Below, piece after piece: positions 14,001 through 29,000 of a stretch of 64,000 bases of DNA. The stretch is from Epiperipatus broadwayi (taxonomy: Eukaryota > Animalia > Onychophora). The DNA is taken from the NCBI GenBank assembly GCA_028023455.1, contig JAQFVV010000010.1:3224001-3288000 (forward strand). The letters are read 5' to 3'. Numbering within the stretch: the first letter of the stretch is position 1; each line of letters begins with the position of its first letter. The notes below the pieces were generated by a model that saw only the letters and a list, made by a program, of their open reading frames with translations, did not search any database and was not told where the DNA came from. The position numbers were made by a program, and so were the translations under genes.

Positions 14001-17000
14001 TTATTCTATGAGATAGAATAATAAAGAAACATATCCAAAATGTTTGTCATATTAGTTTGTCATTACTTACTACATAATTAATTTCCATCCCTGATTTTAG
14101 TAATGGATTTATCTTGTTTCATGTAATGTGTCTGAAAGAGACTTGTACATAATGTAAATAAATCTTGTTGTGTTAAAAATTTATTTAGTTGTCAGTATTC
14201 TTATTGCTAATCAACATACCCACACATTATATTTGTTATTGCTATCGACATATCCTATGATTATATGGAAATCGTCATCAATCAATATTGTAAAGGTCAC
14301 TATTAAGGTATATCAGAATAATTGTGTTAAGCCCTATAATTTATGAGTATATCTAGGGCATCATAACTTAATAATTAAACATACTAACCTAAAGAATATT
14401 ATTTTAAGTGATATACTAAAAGATTAAACACCTAATATTGGTTTGATCAGTTCATTTGAATCCACAGCTCTATCATTCACTGGTCTTGATCACCTTGTTT
14501 CTAATTAATGGAGAAAGAAAGTTGGAAAGCTATTGCGTTTAGCTATTGAAAAATCATTCCTACTTATTGAAGCTTAAAGTTTATCATAGTTAGGGAATTT
14601 ATAGAAGTTATTTGAAATTACTAAATATTGTTTGGTAATTCAATTCGATATTAAGAGCTATTTGGTGTGTTATGCCTGGGTAGTGGTAAAATCCCTCTCA
14701 CTGACCCAAGTGTATCTTGTATAACACCCTTTAAGCTATGTGAACCCTGAGAAGGATAAGTTATATCAATTTGTGATAGGATTTGAAGTTATGGTAAATT
14801 TATATCCAGTTAATTATTGTAGTTAGAGTGGAATTGTGCTACATTCACTGTAATATGAAAGGTCAACCAAACTTTAAAGTATCAATTGCTTCTTTTGTCT
14901 GAAATGTATAGTTGGTTTTGACTTTATGGTGAATATTCTGGTTTTAGTAAGCTTAGAATCCATATTTTATTTAATTGTCTTATTATCATTTAATTTAATA
15001 TCAAATTTAGAGTTCTAGACATAATCTTTCATCAACGTCATTCTCTCATCTGTCATTTCAATCTTTCTTTATTCTTCTTTCATCCTAATTCATTATCCTA
15101 ATTAACTCATCATTCATTAGCTCTTATTCCATTATCATATTAATCTTCCATTAACTCTTATACATCTCCATTCTTTTCTCTTCATTCTCAGACTCATTTT
15201 ATTTTATTATTTAATTATTACTTATTTTATCATCCATTTAATCATTTACATCCTCATTTACTTATTGCCTAATTTATACTTTTAACTTCATATTCATTCC
15301 ATTGATCTAATTATTATTTATTTATTGGTTTGACAAATATTAAGTTTATTTTATAACCTTTTGTTTGTTAGCTTGTTCATGGATTTTGAAGCTAGTTTGA
15401 CCAGAAATTATTAATCACCTTGTGGTCTTCTTTAAGTATACAGTTTCATGCGAGCTTAGTCAATAAAGACATTATCTCTTTAGTTTAACACTTATTTTAG
15501 GTGTATATTCTAAATTAGTTGTAGTTAGGAAGGTTACAGAGAAAGATATTCTCAAATGTGTAATTTGACTGGTTAGATTAGTGGGCAGGCTACAGGGGAG
15601 ATTATATCACCTAAAATGTGTGGGATGATTCGTTTATGATTACAGTGAATTAGGAGAAGGCTACAATAGACACAGTGACTTTTAAATTGGTATAAGTACA
15701 TTTTAAATAAACATATTTAAAAATGGTTTCTGTAAACAATATTTTAACTTCTAAAATAATATTAAAACTTCTAGCTTGATTTCATATCTAAAATGAAATG
15801 CATGTAATTAAATCATCTGAAAGATATAAAATCCATCAGAGAAATTCTCTTGCAGTATAGATGTAATTCTCATATTTGGTAATATTTATAAATCAATATT
15901 TTAATCATGATAATAACAGTATGAGTATAAAAAGTGATATGCTCAAAACTGTATTTATTGTATCAATCACTTATTGATTAATCTTTGACTAACTATTAAC
16001 ATAAGGTATCATTTCTGTACTAATCAGCTTATGGGTATTTCGTTTTTATCCACTCCACACACACTATCAAAGATACAATTTATTGGATTAATAATCTCTT
16101 CCACAACTATGTATAATTTTACTAAGCTTAATTATATATATATATATTTAATATAACCATCAGCAATTAGCCAATGGATCATATGGTAAAGAAATATTTG
16201 CAATTAATGAGTCCCAGCCTTATTTTTATTTCTATAACATTCCACTACCACATGATAACTTAATCCTTATTACAATTCTTAATTTCAAGGCTGGTATTTA
16301 CCCATAAATGCTAGCTTTTAATTTTTTTCGATGCAATTAGTTATATATAAATTACATATGCACACATTTCTAATAGATTAGGAGTAATTTGACAGGTTGC
16401 TAGGAATAAGAATGTGGAGATTATAATAAAAGTAATATTTTAATAATACTAGTAAAAAAAGTGCATCAAATATCACCTTTTAATTTTAAATTCCTAGAAA
16501 TAAAGAACATTTTCTTTTTGCATAGAACCAACAATAATTATTTAAAATACATAATCACAAAAGAAAAATATTTAAAATCGCATTAAATACAAACTACTAA
16601 CATTAATAATGAAAAAATAACAATACATTTAATTAATGTATTCTCACAAAAACTTTATTTGTTGTATATATATATATACACACACAACAAATAAAGTTTT
16701 TGTAAAGAAAAGAGGAAGTGTTTTAATTATAGAATTATATGGTTATATGTAATGTATATTTTGAAAAGAAAAAAAGATTGAGTGATGATTAGAAACAGAA
16801 GTAAATGGATTTATATATGTTTTCTTTCCTCTAGAATTGTTGATATTTGGATATGTTGATATGTGAGCATATATGTTCAATGTCACTTTGCATACTTGTC
16901 ATAATTCTGGTTAAAGTTCATTTCCATGGTTAATAATTGATGATTGATACTTCTGTGACTAGGACTATCCTACTTACTAGTTTGTGTACTATCTTCCACA

Positions 17001-20000
17001 ATACATTCATGTACTATAATAATTCTATATTTGTTTGCTGGTCTGGTTTTTAAAAAGCTTTGGCTATGAAGTTACTTCTTTTAGTTCAATTTCATTTTCT
17101 CTCCTCTTGGCAGTCTATTTATATATCACACATTTATCAGCGAAGGACATTTTAAGCAATCGGCAGCCATGTTGGGTGAACAAATGTGGTAAGTATTTAA
17201 AAAAGTTGGATTTTAGCTGTTCATGTTAGCTCTTTTGTTATTTTACATTTCTGTATACTATAAGTGAGCTTGATAATTAAAAGCAATTTATACCAATGAT
17301 TGAATCTTTTTTTTCTAGTCCTTCCTTCCAAATCAGCTGCTAGCATAATGGGAGAGAACAATAAAGACACACTTCTTTTATACATGACCAGATCCACATA
17401 GACCTAATCAACAAAATTTTTGCTTATTTTTATTTTTTATTTTTAATTAATCTTTATTTTTAAAAAAAACCTGAATTAATAGATCTGTAGATTTGTTTAT
17501 CTTCTAATTACAAAAAATAGTTACCTCAAAAGAAAGGAAGTTCCTTCATTTTAAATATTTACCTTTTAAAAAAAAAAAATTGTTACAAAATTATTTGTTT
17601 TTCCTTTCCTTTTTTAAAGTGTAATAAACCTGAACACTTTATTTGAATTATGTAGGGACATACAGGACTTTACATATATTTTATATCATTGGAATCCATT
17701 GATTAATCACAATAAATACAATTAAAAAAATACGATTTGAATTTTTTATATATTTATATTAAAGAAAATGCCCTTTTTGTTTTGAGTGAAATAAACATTG
17801 AAGGGTTTAAATCCATGTACCATAATGTTCTGGTATATATCCTTACTAAAAATAAAAATGGTCATAGTGTTTAGTTTTTTTTTAATTCATTTTATTTTCA
17901 CCAAATTATGAGTTCTAAACATCTAATCTGTTTTTTTAAAACAATATTTTGCTATTTAGTCATTCTTTTGCAGTCATAAGTCTTTTAGCACTTGATGAAC
18001 TGTGGAGTGCTTCAAAATTAATATGTATCACAACCTTCTGATCCACAATCACTGAAACATGCAGATGCATACTCCTGAAAATATCCAAAATGATTCTATA
18101 GTGAGAATCAAGTATTATATAATAATCAATTACAGATATTTGGTAGCAAACCAGGATTATCTACTATTACAAGCCAACAAATATAGTAACAATAAGAAAA
18201 AGTCAGGAATTCCTCTACTGACTCTAAATATGTAACTATCTAAAATAGGAAACTCATTTATCAAAAGCAAAATGCTGCTCTTGGCAGATAATAATGGCCT
18301 AGGAGATCCCAACTGGTACCTTAAAATGCTCACATATTTTTCAAAATAAAATTGCACCTCGTCAAACTCATACTAAGTAACATTCAGATATATCAAGAAT
18401 GCTGACCAAAACACCACAATCCTGAGCTCTCAAGCAGCTCTAAAAATCTCATCACATACCATTTCATCATAATTAATTTGTATAAACATTTTTAACTAAC
18501 TTCCAAATTTCAGGCATTATATGGCCTTTAATTTCTTTAGTTATCCATCTAATATCTTTTTATACAAAAAAAAAAAAAATTAATATAATTTTTTTTCCAA
18601 AAACATCATAAATCTATCTAGAGTCATCAACAATCATCTTTCTACCTTTCTCAGTTCTTACAGCAAGTAAGGTACTTTTTCATTGGTGATGGTGCTGTCC
18701 TATGTGTTGACTTGGGATAGGTTCTACCATCATCTGGGTTAACCTTAAATCAATAAACATCACATGATCTCTTATGTACATATAGTGAGTTTTGCCTGTT
18801 TATCATTAAATCCTTTTCAGATATATTTTTGCTCCTAAATCGATAGTATCTTACTGGTGCCATGCAATGAGATCCAACTGGTGATCAAGCTGGACTAATT
18901 GATTCTCTTTGACTAGAGTAGCTTCTAGATCACCTTATAATTCTGGTTTGATTTAGGCTGCAATACTGCTTTTTCTTTTCCAACAGGTCTCAAATCTATT
19001 ATTATTTTCTATCTCCAAACATTGTATTTGATATTCTTTCTTAAATCTATTAAAGGCCTTGCTGTCCTCACTCTTATTACCATGCTGACCCTGTGTACTT
19101 AGATCAATGGCATTAAGAAACTCTGCCACTTGTTCGATGATCCTTCTATCCATGCTTAAAATCATCTGCTCCATCATAAATGGCAGATTACAGCTTACTA
19201 TTCTATTGATTTGGCTCTCTATTAACCTACAAGTATTAAAGGTTCTCAATTTCACCACTTTATGTCTGAAAAACTGGGTATAGCTTTTCCCACTACCCAT
19301 CCAAAACCTTTCCTGCGTAACTTGGTATTGGATCTCTTCTTGCATCTCATTCCAAAAATTATTTAGGATGTCTTTATGATACTGTATATAAAATGGTGGT
19401 TTAGTTACTAAAGAATTACATCACTCTTTTGAAGGACCTTGTAGGTGGTTGTATGCTACAGCCACTTGCTCCTTTTCTTTTAAGCTGTTCAATTGAAAAT
19501 AATTGCCCAGGCTCTCAAGGTGCTCCATTGGTGATTCTACAGTATTACTTCTAAATACTTGGGTTTTTACAAATTCATTTATGTTGAAATATAAGAGTTT
19601 CTTATGAATTCTGTGTGTAAACTTATATTTACTTCTCTTGCCAAACCTATAACTGACATTCTCTTTCATGCCATGTTTACAACAGTTTTGATTGTCCTCT
19701 TTTATTTAGTATAATCTGTTTTTATTTTATTAATTATACTATCCACCTCTCTTTGGGCCTCCCTCATACTCTCTTGAGTGGCTCTCCAACATTGTTGCTA
19801 TTCTTCCTCTTTTCTTAATTCTTGGATTTCAAGTTTTTCCATTCTTTCTGTGATGATCTGTATCACTTCTTACACCTGCACCTGGCTTCCATGTATTCAT
19901 TTGTTTTCTTATTCTCCATTCCAAATATACCTGCTTTTTTATCTGTACCATTGTATCTTTTTTACTATTTGTTGCAACCTCATGTATGATTTCTCCTTAC

Positions 20001-23000
20001 TTTCTAGCAAGCATATGTTAAGTGCCTCCTATTTTTTTTTAATTTACTTTTTTCAGCATTTTTAGCTTTTCCCTTCATATTTCTTGCAGCAGCATCTTTG
20101 CATTTTCTTTGTTTTATCTTGCTCATTTACTGCATTTCTTGTAATGTTAATTTATTCCTTTGTTGCATTTCTTGTAATGTTAATTCATTCCTTTGTTGCA
20201 TTTCTTGTAATGTTTTTAAGATTATATTCATTGAAGGTACTTTTTTTTCAGGCTTGTCCACAACCTCTTCCAACTGATCTTCTCTTAGCGCTGTTGTTTA
20301 TATACTATCTTTTTCACAATACAGCCATGTACTATAATAATTCTATATATTTATTGGTCTGGTCTTTTAGAAAGCCTTTGTGAGGAGGTTACTTCTTTAC
20401 TTGAATTTCATTCTCTCTCTTCTTAGCAGACTATTTATATATAACATTTAGTCAGCAAGAATGTTCTAAACAATCGGCAACCATCTCTGATAAACAAATA
20501 TGGTAAGCATTTATAAAAGTTGGGCTTTAGGCATTCATGTTAGCTCATTTATTATAGAAATTGTTATTTTCCATCTCTGTATACAAGTTAGCTAGTACTT
20601 TAGTCTTGGTAATCAAAAGCAATTTATAGCAATGGTTGAATCTTTTATAGTGGTTAAGTTTGCTTCCTTTCTTCCAAGTCAGTTGCCAGCATAAAGAGAA
20701 AGAACAATAAATACACATTTCTTTTATACCTAAAAATCTCTGAACATATGACCAGATCCACCCAAACCTAATTAAAAATTTGTTTACTTATTTTTATTTT
20801 TGGTTTTTAATTAATCTAATTTTGTTATTTGCAAAAATAATTAAATTACTAGATGTGTAAATTTGTTTAACTGCTAATTACAAAGGTAAGTTACTACAAA
20901 GGAAAGGAAATTCCTTCATATTAAATATTTATCTTTTTTAAAAAAAAAAAATTGTTACAAAGTTATTATTTTTTGTTTTTCCTTTGGGTTTTTTCAACGT
21001 TTAATAAACCTTAACACTTTATTTGAATTATGTAGAGCTGCACAAAACTTTACATATATTTTATATCATTGGAACCCATTAATTAAATAAACCTTGAAGG
21101 GTTTATGTCAATGTGCTATAATACTCTGATATATTATGGATTACAAAATTTACAGATTTCTATTTAATAAAGGAAAAGCAATTGATTTAACAAAAATACA
21201 TTGCTTTTATTATTTTCATTTCATAAAAAACTTCAAATATAAAGTTTGCTTAGATCAGTAGATTAATTCAATCTGAATTTCTTTTATTTTACATTCTTAA
21301 TATCAATTATAGCTATTTATTTGAACCCTGGCATCGGACTTTTCTTCAATTAATATTTTTTATAACAAACACTTTAATTATAATAAATTATGGGCAATCT
21401 CTTATAAAAATAGCAGCTTTTTATTGGTGGGTAACCATGTCTTCTGGATATTACAAAATGGTATTTGTTCCTAAAAAATAAGCTTACATCTAGCTAAATG
21501 ATTGTTCACAAATTGTCACTTAGATGCATATACTTCAAGTTATTTATCTTGAGCTCTTTAATTTCTGTGTTTTATGTTCACATTGTTTAAATCTTTTTAC
21601 ATTTTTGATAGTTTTTTTTATGGATCCTTGCCTAGCAATCCTTCACTTCTGAATCTTTGCTTCTGTAATATGACAAAATGTACAGTGATTTTAAAATTTA
21701 ATATTTAAAAATAATTTCTTTATGTAATATTTTTATAATAGTATTACTAATATTAAAACATTTTAAATGCCAAAGTTATTAATTTCAATAAATATTAATT
21801 TGTTACTTACATAAAATGTTAATTTGGCATAATTATAAATGGAAGAATTTCTCGTAGTTGTATTATTTTTTACGTAAGAAAAATAATGTGTCCAGTTCAA
21901 ACTCAACAAATGCAGAGGTAAAAGTTATTGGTTTATAATTCATTATGGTAATAAATAACAGTTTGTGGCAATAAAATAAAAACTGAATATGTCCCAAAAG
22001 AATTTGCTTTTTTTTTTTTTTGCAATACATTCTGAATCATATATCACAGTACGGGTAATATTCAGTGAATTAATCCATATTTATCATCATAAAGTTGATA
22101 ACTAAATATGTATTGATGATTTAATGTCATATGTAAATGACAATGGACAACTTCTAAAAACACTAAATGGCAAAATTATGTAATGGACACAAAATCTTGT
22201 ACATTGAGAAGAATTCACTGTGATCTTTACTTCAGGCTTGTCTAGAATTAAACTCAAAAATGTTGTGAAGTCTTATATTGAATGAAATGAAGCTTTAAAA
22301 TGTAATAACATATATGTCTATGAAAGATTTTAATTAGAATGAGTAATTTTGTTTCAGAAGAGATTTTAATGAAATATATAGAAGAGGTATAGTTTATCTC
22401 CTGTTTTGTTTTAAATATCTAATATAAACATCAACTGATTATCTTAAAAACACTTTGTGAGTAGTGAAGATGATATTTATCAGGCATAACACAAATGGAC
22501 AAATGATTAGAATTATAAACCTTAAAATGCATTAATGAACTTAAAAATATTTAAAAGATTGGACAAATTGCAAAGGAGATAATGAAAATGAAATAAAAAT
22601 TGTTTAAATGTTTTGTTTGGCTGTAACATTATATGTATCTGAAATACAGAAAATAAAAAAAAAAAGAACATTTTGAATTTCTAAATGACTTGCTTTTTAT
22701 AGTAAGAAAATAATAAATAAATTACAAGATAAAATTCCAACTTTTTTTTTCTTTTTCATTAATTTTTTGAAATCTTTAATAACAATCAGCATTACTTTGT
22801 ATTAAAAGAATATATAAATTATATTATTATGTAATTGTGAGTTAATGTGTATCACTTTAGTGATATGATTCGGCATGATGAAAACATTTCAAAAAAAGTA
22901 ATGAAAATATTAAAAGGCAAAAATAATAGCAAAAAAAAAAGGAAAAACATTTGGAGTTTGTTTGAAGTGTGGGTATGAAGAACAATATACAAAGTAAGTA

Positions 23001-26000
23001 GATTAAATAGAATTAGGAAAGAAACAAAAAAAATTACTAATGAAAAAACTAAAAGAAAAAATTGAATAGTGAATAGTATTTTTTTTGAAAGTAGATATTT
23101 TGAAAGATATTTTACAAAGATTGTAATGGAAGATAGAAAAATATATGATCATGTAGAAAGTGTAATTATACTTATTTAAGGCAGAGAACTAAGGCTAAAG
23201 AGATATGAAAGTGTTTCAAAACTATAGAACAAGCTTTTTTATATGTGGTTGAAAATATTAATTAGCAAAATTATAAATAAAATCAAAAATCATTAAAGTT
23301 AAAATTAATTGTCATCCTTTTTGCAGATAAAATAAATGTTTTTGTGTTTGCTATATTGATATATATTATGCCAAATAAAATCACACTCAAATATATAAAT
23401 CTTTTGTTTCTAAATAAACTCAAGACAAAAAGCTATTATGGGCTATTAGAACAAATAGTTTAATTTAAGAGCTATCAATAATAATTAATAATTATCTAGC
23501 AACCTCATTGCTAATCTATTTCTCTAAATATTCCTACCCATTCTTTTTTTGTTACATATTGTAACCAGTTGGTTACATAGCTGCACTAGAAAAAAATAAA
23601 TAATTATTTAGTTGGCAGCATGTTCCTCAGGTTTGAGAATAAAAATTATTTTATTAATGGGGGGAAATAATATTTAAATTTTCTTAGGTCTATTTTTAAA
23701 GGGTCATTATTTAACTCAATATATATATAAAATTCCCATATGATAGTATGAGAATTTCCAAACCTTAAATATATTTAAGAGTTTTTTTTTTAAAAAAAAA
23801 AAAAAAGAAAGAAAGGGAATAATAATAATAATATTTTAATTTTATTAAAACATGCAAAACTCTCCATACAGTATTGCCACTCAATGCAAGCCAGAAGGCT
23901 TGTGCATAAAATCCCCATCTAGTGCCTACTCATCCAATATCCTCAGACTAGTTTCTGGCTTGTGGCCTTTGTCAGTGAGGAGCCTTGTGTCTGAGAGCAC
24001 TGCACCTAGGTCTTAGGATCTAATGCAACCCTCCAGAAGCCACCTTTTATCTACTTAACTACAAAACTATGAGTCTTAATTTGAAAACACAATATTTTCA
24101 ATCCAAGCTCATTAGCTTATATAACCATATGTGTCTGAACTCAGTTCAGTACCCATACATTTTGATGTCTTTGGTTCTTTAATAACCATAGGGTTGCATT
24201 AGATCCTGAGATTTAGGTGCAGTGCTCTCAGATCCAAGTTACTCACTGATGAAGGTCACAAGCCAGACACTAGTCTGGGAATATTGGATGAGTAGGCACA
24301 AGATGGGGATTTTATGCACAAGCTTTCTGGCATCCATTAATTATTTCTGGCTTGCATTGAGTGGCAATACTATATGGAGAGTTTTGCCTGTTTTAATAAG
24401 TTATAAACAAGCATAAGAAATGGTGATCATGTAATGTTTATTGGCTTAAAATCAATCCTGCCTAATAGGATAGTGGTGGCTATGGTTATTAAAGAACCAA
24501 AGTCACCAAAATGTATGGGTACTGAACTGAGCTCAGACCTATATGGCTATATAAGTTAATGAGCTTGGATTGAAAATATTGGTGTTTTCAAATTAAGACT
24601 CATAGTTTTGTAGTTAAGTAGAGATAAAAGGTGGATACTGGATAGTTGCATTAGATCCTAAGATGCAAGACTCCTCACTGATGAAGGCCACAAGCCAGAC
24701 ACTAATCTGGAGATATTGGATGAGTAGGCACTAGATGGGGATTTTTTTGCACAAGCCTTCTGGCATTTATTGATTATTTCTGGCTTGCATTGAGTGGCAA
24801 TACTATATGGAGAGGCACTAATTTAATAACAGTTATAAGCAAGCATAAGAAATGGTATTCATGTGATGTTTATTGTAAATTTTATTTTTAATTAATTTCT
24901 TTATCTCTTTTTAATGAAAAAGAAAAATCAAATCAGTGCAATTAAGTGATTTTCTCATTTTTTATTGCAAGATTTTGTTTTTAATTATAAAGGAATGTCA
25001 AGAATTTTATATTAATTTAAGTTCTTGACTTGTTTTCAATGTCTATGATTAAGGAGGGAATTGAACAATTGTATTTATGAAATTTTATCTAATTAGTTAT
25101 TAAAATTATCATGTAAGAGATAGATTCCAATCAGCTTGTGGGCATGATTGTTCTAAAAAATATATGTGGGGGTGTGAATTAGTGATATTACTCAAATGTC
25201 TGGTGAGGGTAACTGTTGAAGAGATAGCAGACAAGTGTTAATCCTGATGCTGAAAAAGACAGTAGGAAAAGACATTATTCCTAACTTAACTGTTGAAGAG
25301 AAAGCAGTGAAGTTTTAATCCAACTGCTAAAGAGAAAGAAGAGAAGTTTTTACCAAACTGTGGCATAATAGAGCAGGAATCTTAACCAGGCTATTGCATA
25401 TAATATCAGTTTAATCAATGTTTTAGCATACTATGAGTAATCATAAACATGGTTCATACAATGAAAACCATGTCCTAAATTCAGCTAAAATCTAGGCATC
25501 ACCTTTCTCCATGTGACCTACCTTCACTGGAAAAAATGTAGGAAAGGTAAACCCTCCTAAAGTAGTCTGCAATCGTGCCTTCAACTAAGAGCACAAATCT
25601 GTCTCTTACCTGGAAATTCAAGAGAACCAAATGGACAAAAATTGATACTTTTCATTTACCTGGAGTTGCTAAAGACCCAGGAAAGAACAAATTTAACCAG
25701 GCCCATATTTAGAAGCCTTTAGTGAAAAATCCCATCAGAAGCAACTGGAAAGCCCTGCACAAACAAGAAAGACATGGCTAGAGATATTATTTTTTATGTG
25801 TGCACACTCTATTACATTATTGTGATATGTGTTTTTAAGGTTAAATGATAATGAATTCATTATTGTACAACTTTATTTGATTTTTTGAAACTATAGATTT
25901 GATGTTAGAATGTCAAAACTACATTAGATTGCAATGACTTCTCCCTACATTAGAAAGAATTCTTTATAAGTTTTCAAAAATTAATGGATTTTGAATAATA

Positions 26001-29000
26001 ATGCAAATATATTTTTCCAGGAATCATGATGGCATAGAATTGTGAATGGTTTATTTTTATGGGTATCAAATTATTCTGGTGCAGATTTTTAAAAAAATAT
26101 AATTATTTTGATACACTTTTATAAGTAATATCAAGCATTGTATGAGGAGTTTAATTTTTACAATTGATCTCATTACAAATATTAGTCCAGCAATATGTGC
26201 CCTGCATGTATATGTGATCTTTTATTACTTTTTATATGGCATTTTTAATGTTAAGGATAATTAAAAGTGCTTTCCATAAGCTGTAATTTAAAAAAAAAAA
26301 TATTTTATTGAATTAATTATATCAACTATAAATAATATTTGTAAGTTTGCTTATCTATGCGGAAGTATAAAAATAAATATAATTTTTGATCTACATTCAA
26401 TGTGTATATTTTTATGATATTATTTTTTTGTAATAAAATCTTAAACCATCTGTTTGTGTAAATATTGAGAATATAGTTTATTAAAATGAAATCTAAAATA
26501 AAATGATGTATATTATTGTATATAAAATAAAAAAATATTGTTTAAAAAAAAGGAACTGTAATATTTCACATAGACTAACTATGAAGATTATACATTGTAT
26601 TTTTAATGATATTGGCTTTATTATTTAATATTAACTACATCAAGTAGGCATGATGATTTATGAACACTAAATTATAGTTTATACTTTGTGTGTTTGGTTT
26701 TACTTTATTTATTTTATAAATATTATTGTTTTTAAAAAAAAGTCAGTATTTTATAATATAGTGAGATACTTTTGTAATAATGTAATTTTTTTAAAAATAA
26801 ATAAATAAAAATTTATTATTTGATGTAAACAAAAATAAACTTATATGTAATTGCTTATATATAGGAACAGAGTTTTGATTCAGAAGTTCCTACTATCAAA
26901 TTACTCGCAGATGAAGAATTTCCTCCATTCAGAGATAACTCTCTTGACTTAGTCCTTAGTTCCCTTAGGTGAGCATTCTGTTTTTCTTTAATAAATTTAA
27001 TTAACAGCACAATTAAAATATTATTTGTTGATATATAAAATATTTATTAACAATAATGATTTTATTTTCAACATAATATTGATATTAATATAACTTAAAT
27101 GTTTCTGTCTTGAAATATACACCTGTGTTTGTATGGATTTTATTTTTCTTCTTAGTACTGTTATTATCCAATAATATTAACTGTTATTCTAATTCACAAT
27201 TGTTATTCTTATTCTATTCATTATTTTTTTATATGCAATAATGTTTTGTTTCAATTTTCTTCTTTATTATAAATATATATAAATTCAAATGTAATAAATG
27301 TTAACATAACCTTTATCAGTGTGTTTACTACAAAACATCTCATGATCACCTTTTCATATGCTTATACATGCTGTTAATAAGAGTTCCATACAGTAGTACC
27401 ACCAAGTATAAGCCTTCATAATCAATAGATCAGGAAGGTTTGTTATAAAATCCTTATATAGTGCGTACTCATCTAACATTAGATTCTAAAATCTGTGCAG
27501 TGCTCTCAAATCTAAGCATAGTCACTGATGAAATTCACAAGTTAGAAACTAATCTGGGGATGTTGAATGAGTAGGCATTAGATAGGGGTTTTATGCACAA
27601 ATCTGCCTGTATCCATTGATTATGAAGGCTTTGCACTTAGTGCATTACTGTATGGAGAGTTTGATATTCTTTATCATTCTTATAATATTAAAATGAGATT
27701 TAAATTAATAGTTGTGTTGTAAGGCAAGAGATTATAACTGAGATAATTCTTGGAAAGATTTTTGACAATTGATAAGAATATAATTAAATCTCTTAAAGTT
27801 ATGATAAAAAAAAAGAGGTTTGATAGAATTAATGTTTGTTAGCAGTTATGACAGACTCCATTAAAGTTGAGTAGTCAGAAAAGATAATTTAATTTTTCAA
27901 TGTCTAAGTATCAATTAAAAATGAATTAATTTGGACATAGAAAGATGCAATTGCATTTGTAAGAACTATTGTTGAGAAATAGTGAATAGTAAGAAAGAAG
28001 GCAATAGTCATTACACTTTCCAATTACTGGGCAATATAGATTTGATAATTTTCTATTGTCATTTTACCATCTAGAATAAAAATAAGCAGATATCTATTTA
28101 TTGATCAATACTGGATGATTAGTTGAGCTAGTTATTTGATAGAAATGTCCTAAGCTTGAATGCATTCTGAAAATTTTTGAGATGAATGTTTTGAAAAGGA
28201 AATATAATAGTTTATTCCTACAATATGCTCGAATGATTGTAATGAAATCAATCCTGAGATCAAAACAAGTTTCAATCAATTTTATTATGAAATACACTAT
28301 ACACAGTAATAATTAATATTAGTATAATTTTTCATTAACAATGAAAATTAATGTTTTAAAACTGGTGAATACATATACCATTGATGAATTATATGGTTTT
28401 CTTTATCTCTTGATAGAATTGTTTGATTGATTGCAAAGTAGTGAATAATAAACCTAATTGTAGATCATGTATTATGATTAAACTGATGTAATATTTTGCA
28501 ATAAATGAAAATAGAATTCATATTACAAAGTATCTAAGAGTTTAAATATATATTCAAACTTTATTAGAATAGGCTACTGGTTCAAACTTTTAGTTTCTGA
28601 GTAATTGTTCTCAATTTAATTTTGGTACAATATTAAGTGATATATGTGCATAACATAGTTAATATCTACATTTAAGAGAATCAGGGATAAAGAATATAAA
28701 ATCCAAATTAATAGACTTTGTTTAATTCCAGAATTAGAGTTACTGGATTGTCAAATTTCAGACTGATTAAATCTTAACCCTTTGCATATAATACTTATGT
28801 TCTCTATGAATTTGTCCACAGCCACATTCTGATAACATTAAGGTTTATCATTTCTCTTAGTATAAAATACAAATCTAATTTAGAAAATGAAAATTGATCT
28901 AAGATTTAACAATATTTTTTAATGTTTGACTTTGAAAATGTATATAGTATATTGAATAAAATATTTGGAAAATCTGCACATATATAATGCAATATAAATA

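Larger units (their letters stand above)
16983..21135 (-). mobile_element. Decayed gag-bearing retroelement between ~850-bp direct repeats (probable LTRs at ~16983-17840 and ~20320-21135)
   Basis: Two long diverged direct repeats. Minus-strand frame 19669..18953 (two supplied ORFs joined across a TGA) reads [42 protein letters not shown]...[14 protein letters not shown], a retrotransposon Gag capsid pattern. TG/CA ends and TSD not resolved. Confidence 0.55.
23842..24875. mobile_element. Palindromic concatemer of a ~450-nt hammerhead-containing monomer (family HH-A, retrozyme-like)
   Basis: Plus arm 24192-24875 = A-x-B-A (repeat start 24193 and 24645, period 452); minus arm 24190-23842 reads B-A; one hammerhead motif per A (23940-23981 minus, 24241-24280 plus, 24672-24713 plus). 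Confidence 0.88.

Noticed and set aside
14288-15538. LTR-like GC-richer block ending ggttaca (similarly 25112-25806 and 58075-58780)
   Set aside because: No second copy in the window and no matching TSD, so boundaries cannot be supported.
23842-24875. Repeat-spacer appearance suggestive of CRISPR or an invertible switch
   Set aside because: Eukaryotic intron; units are hundreds of bp long, with no short constant repeats, unique spacers or recombinase.
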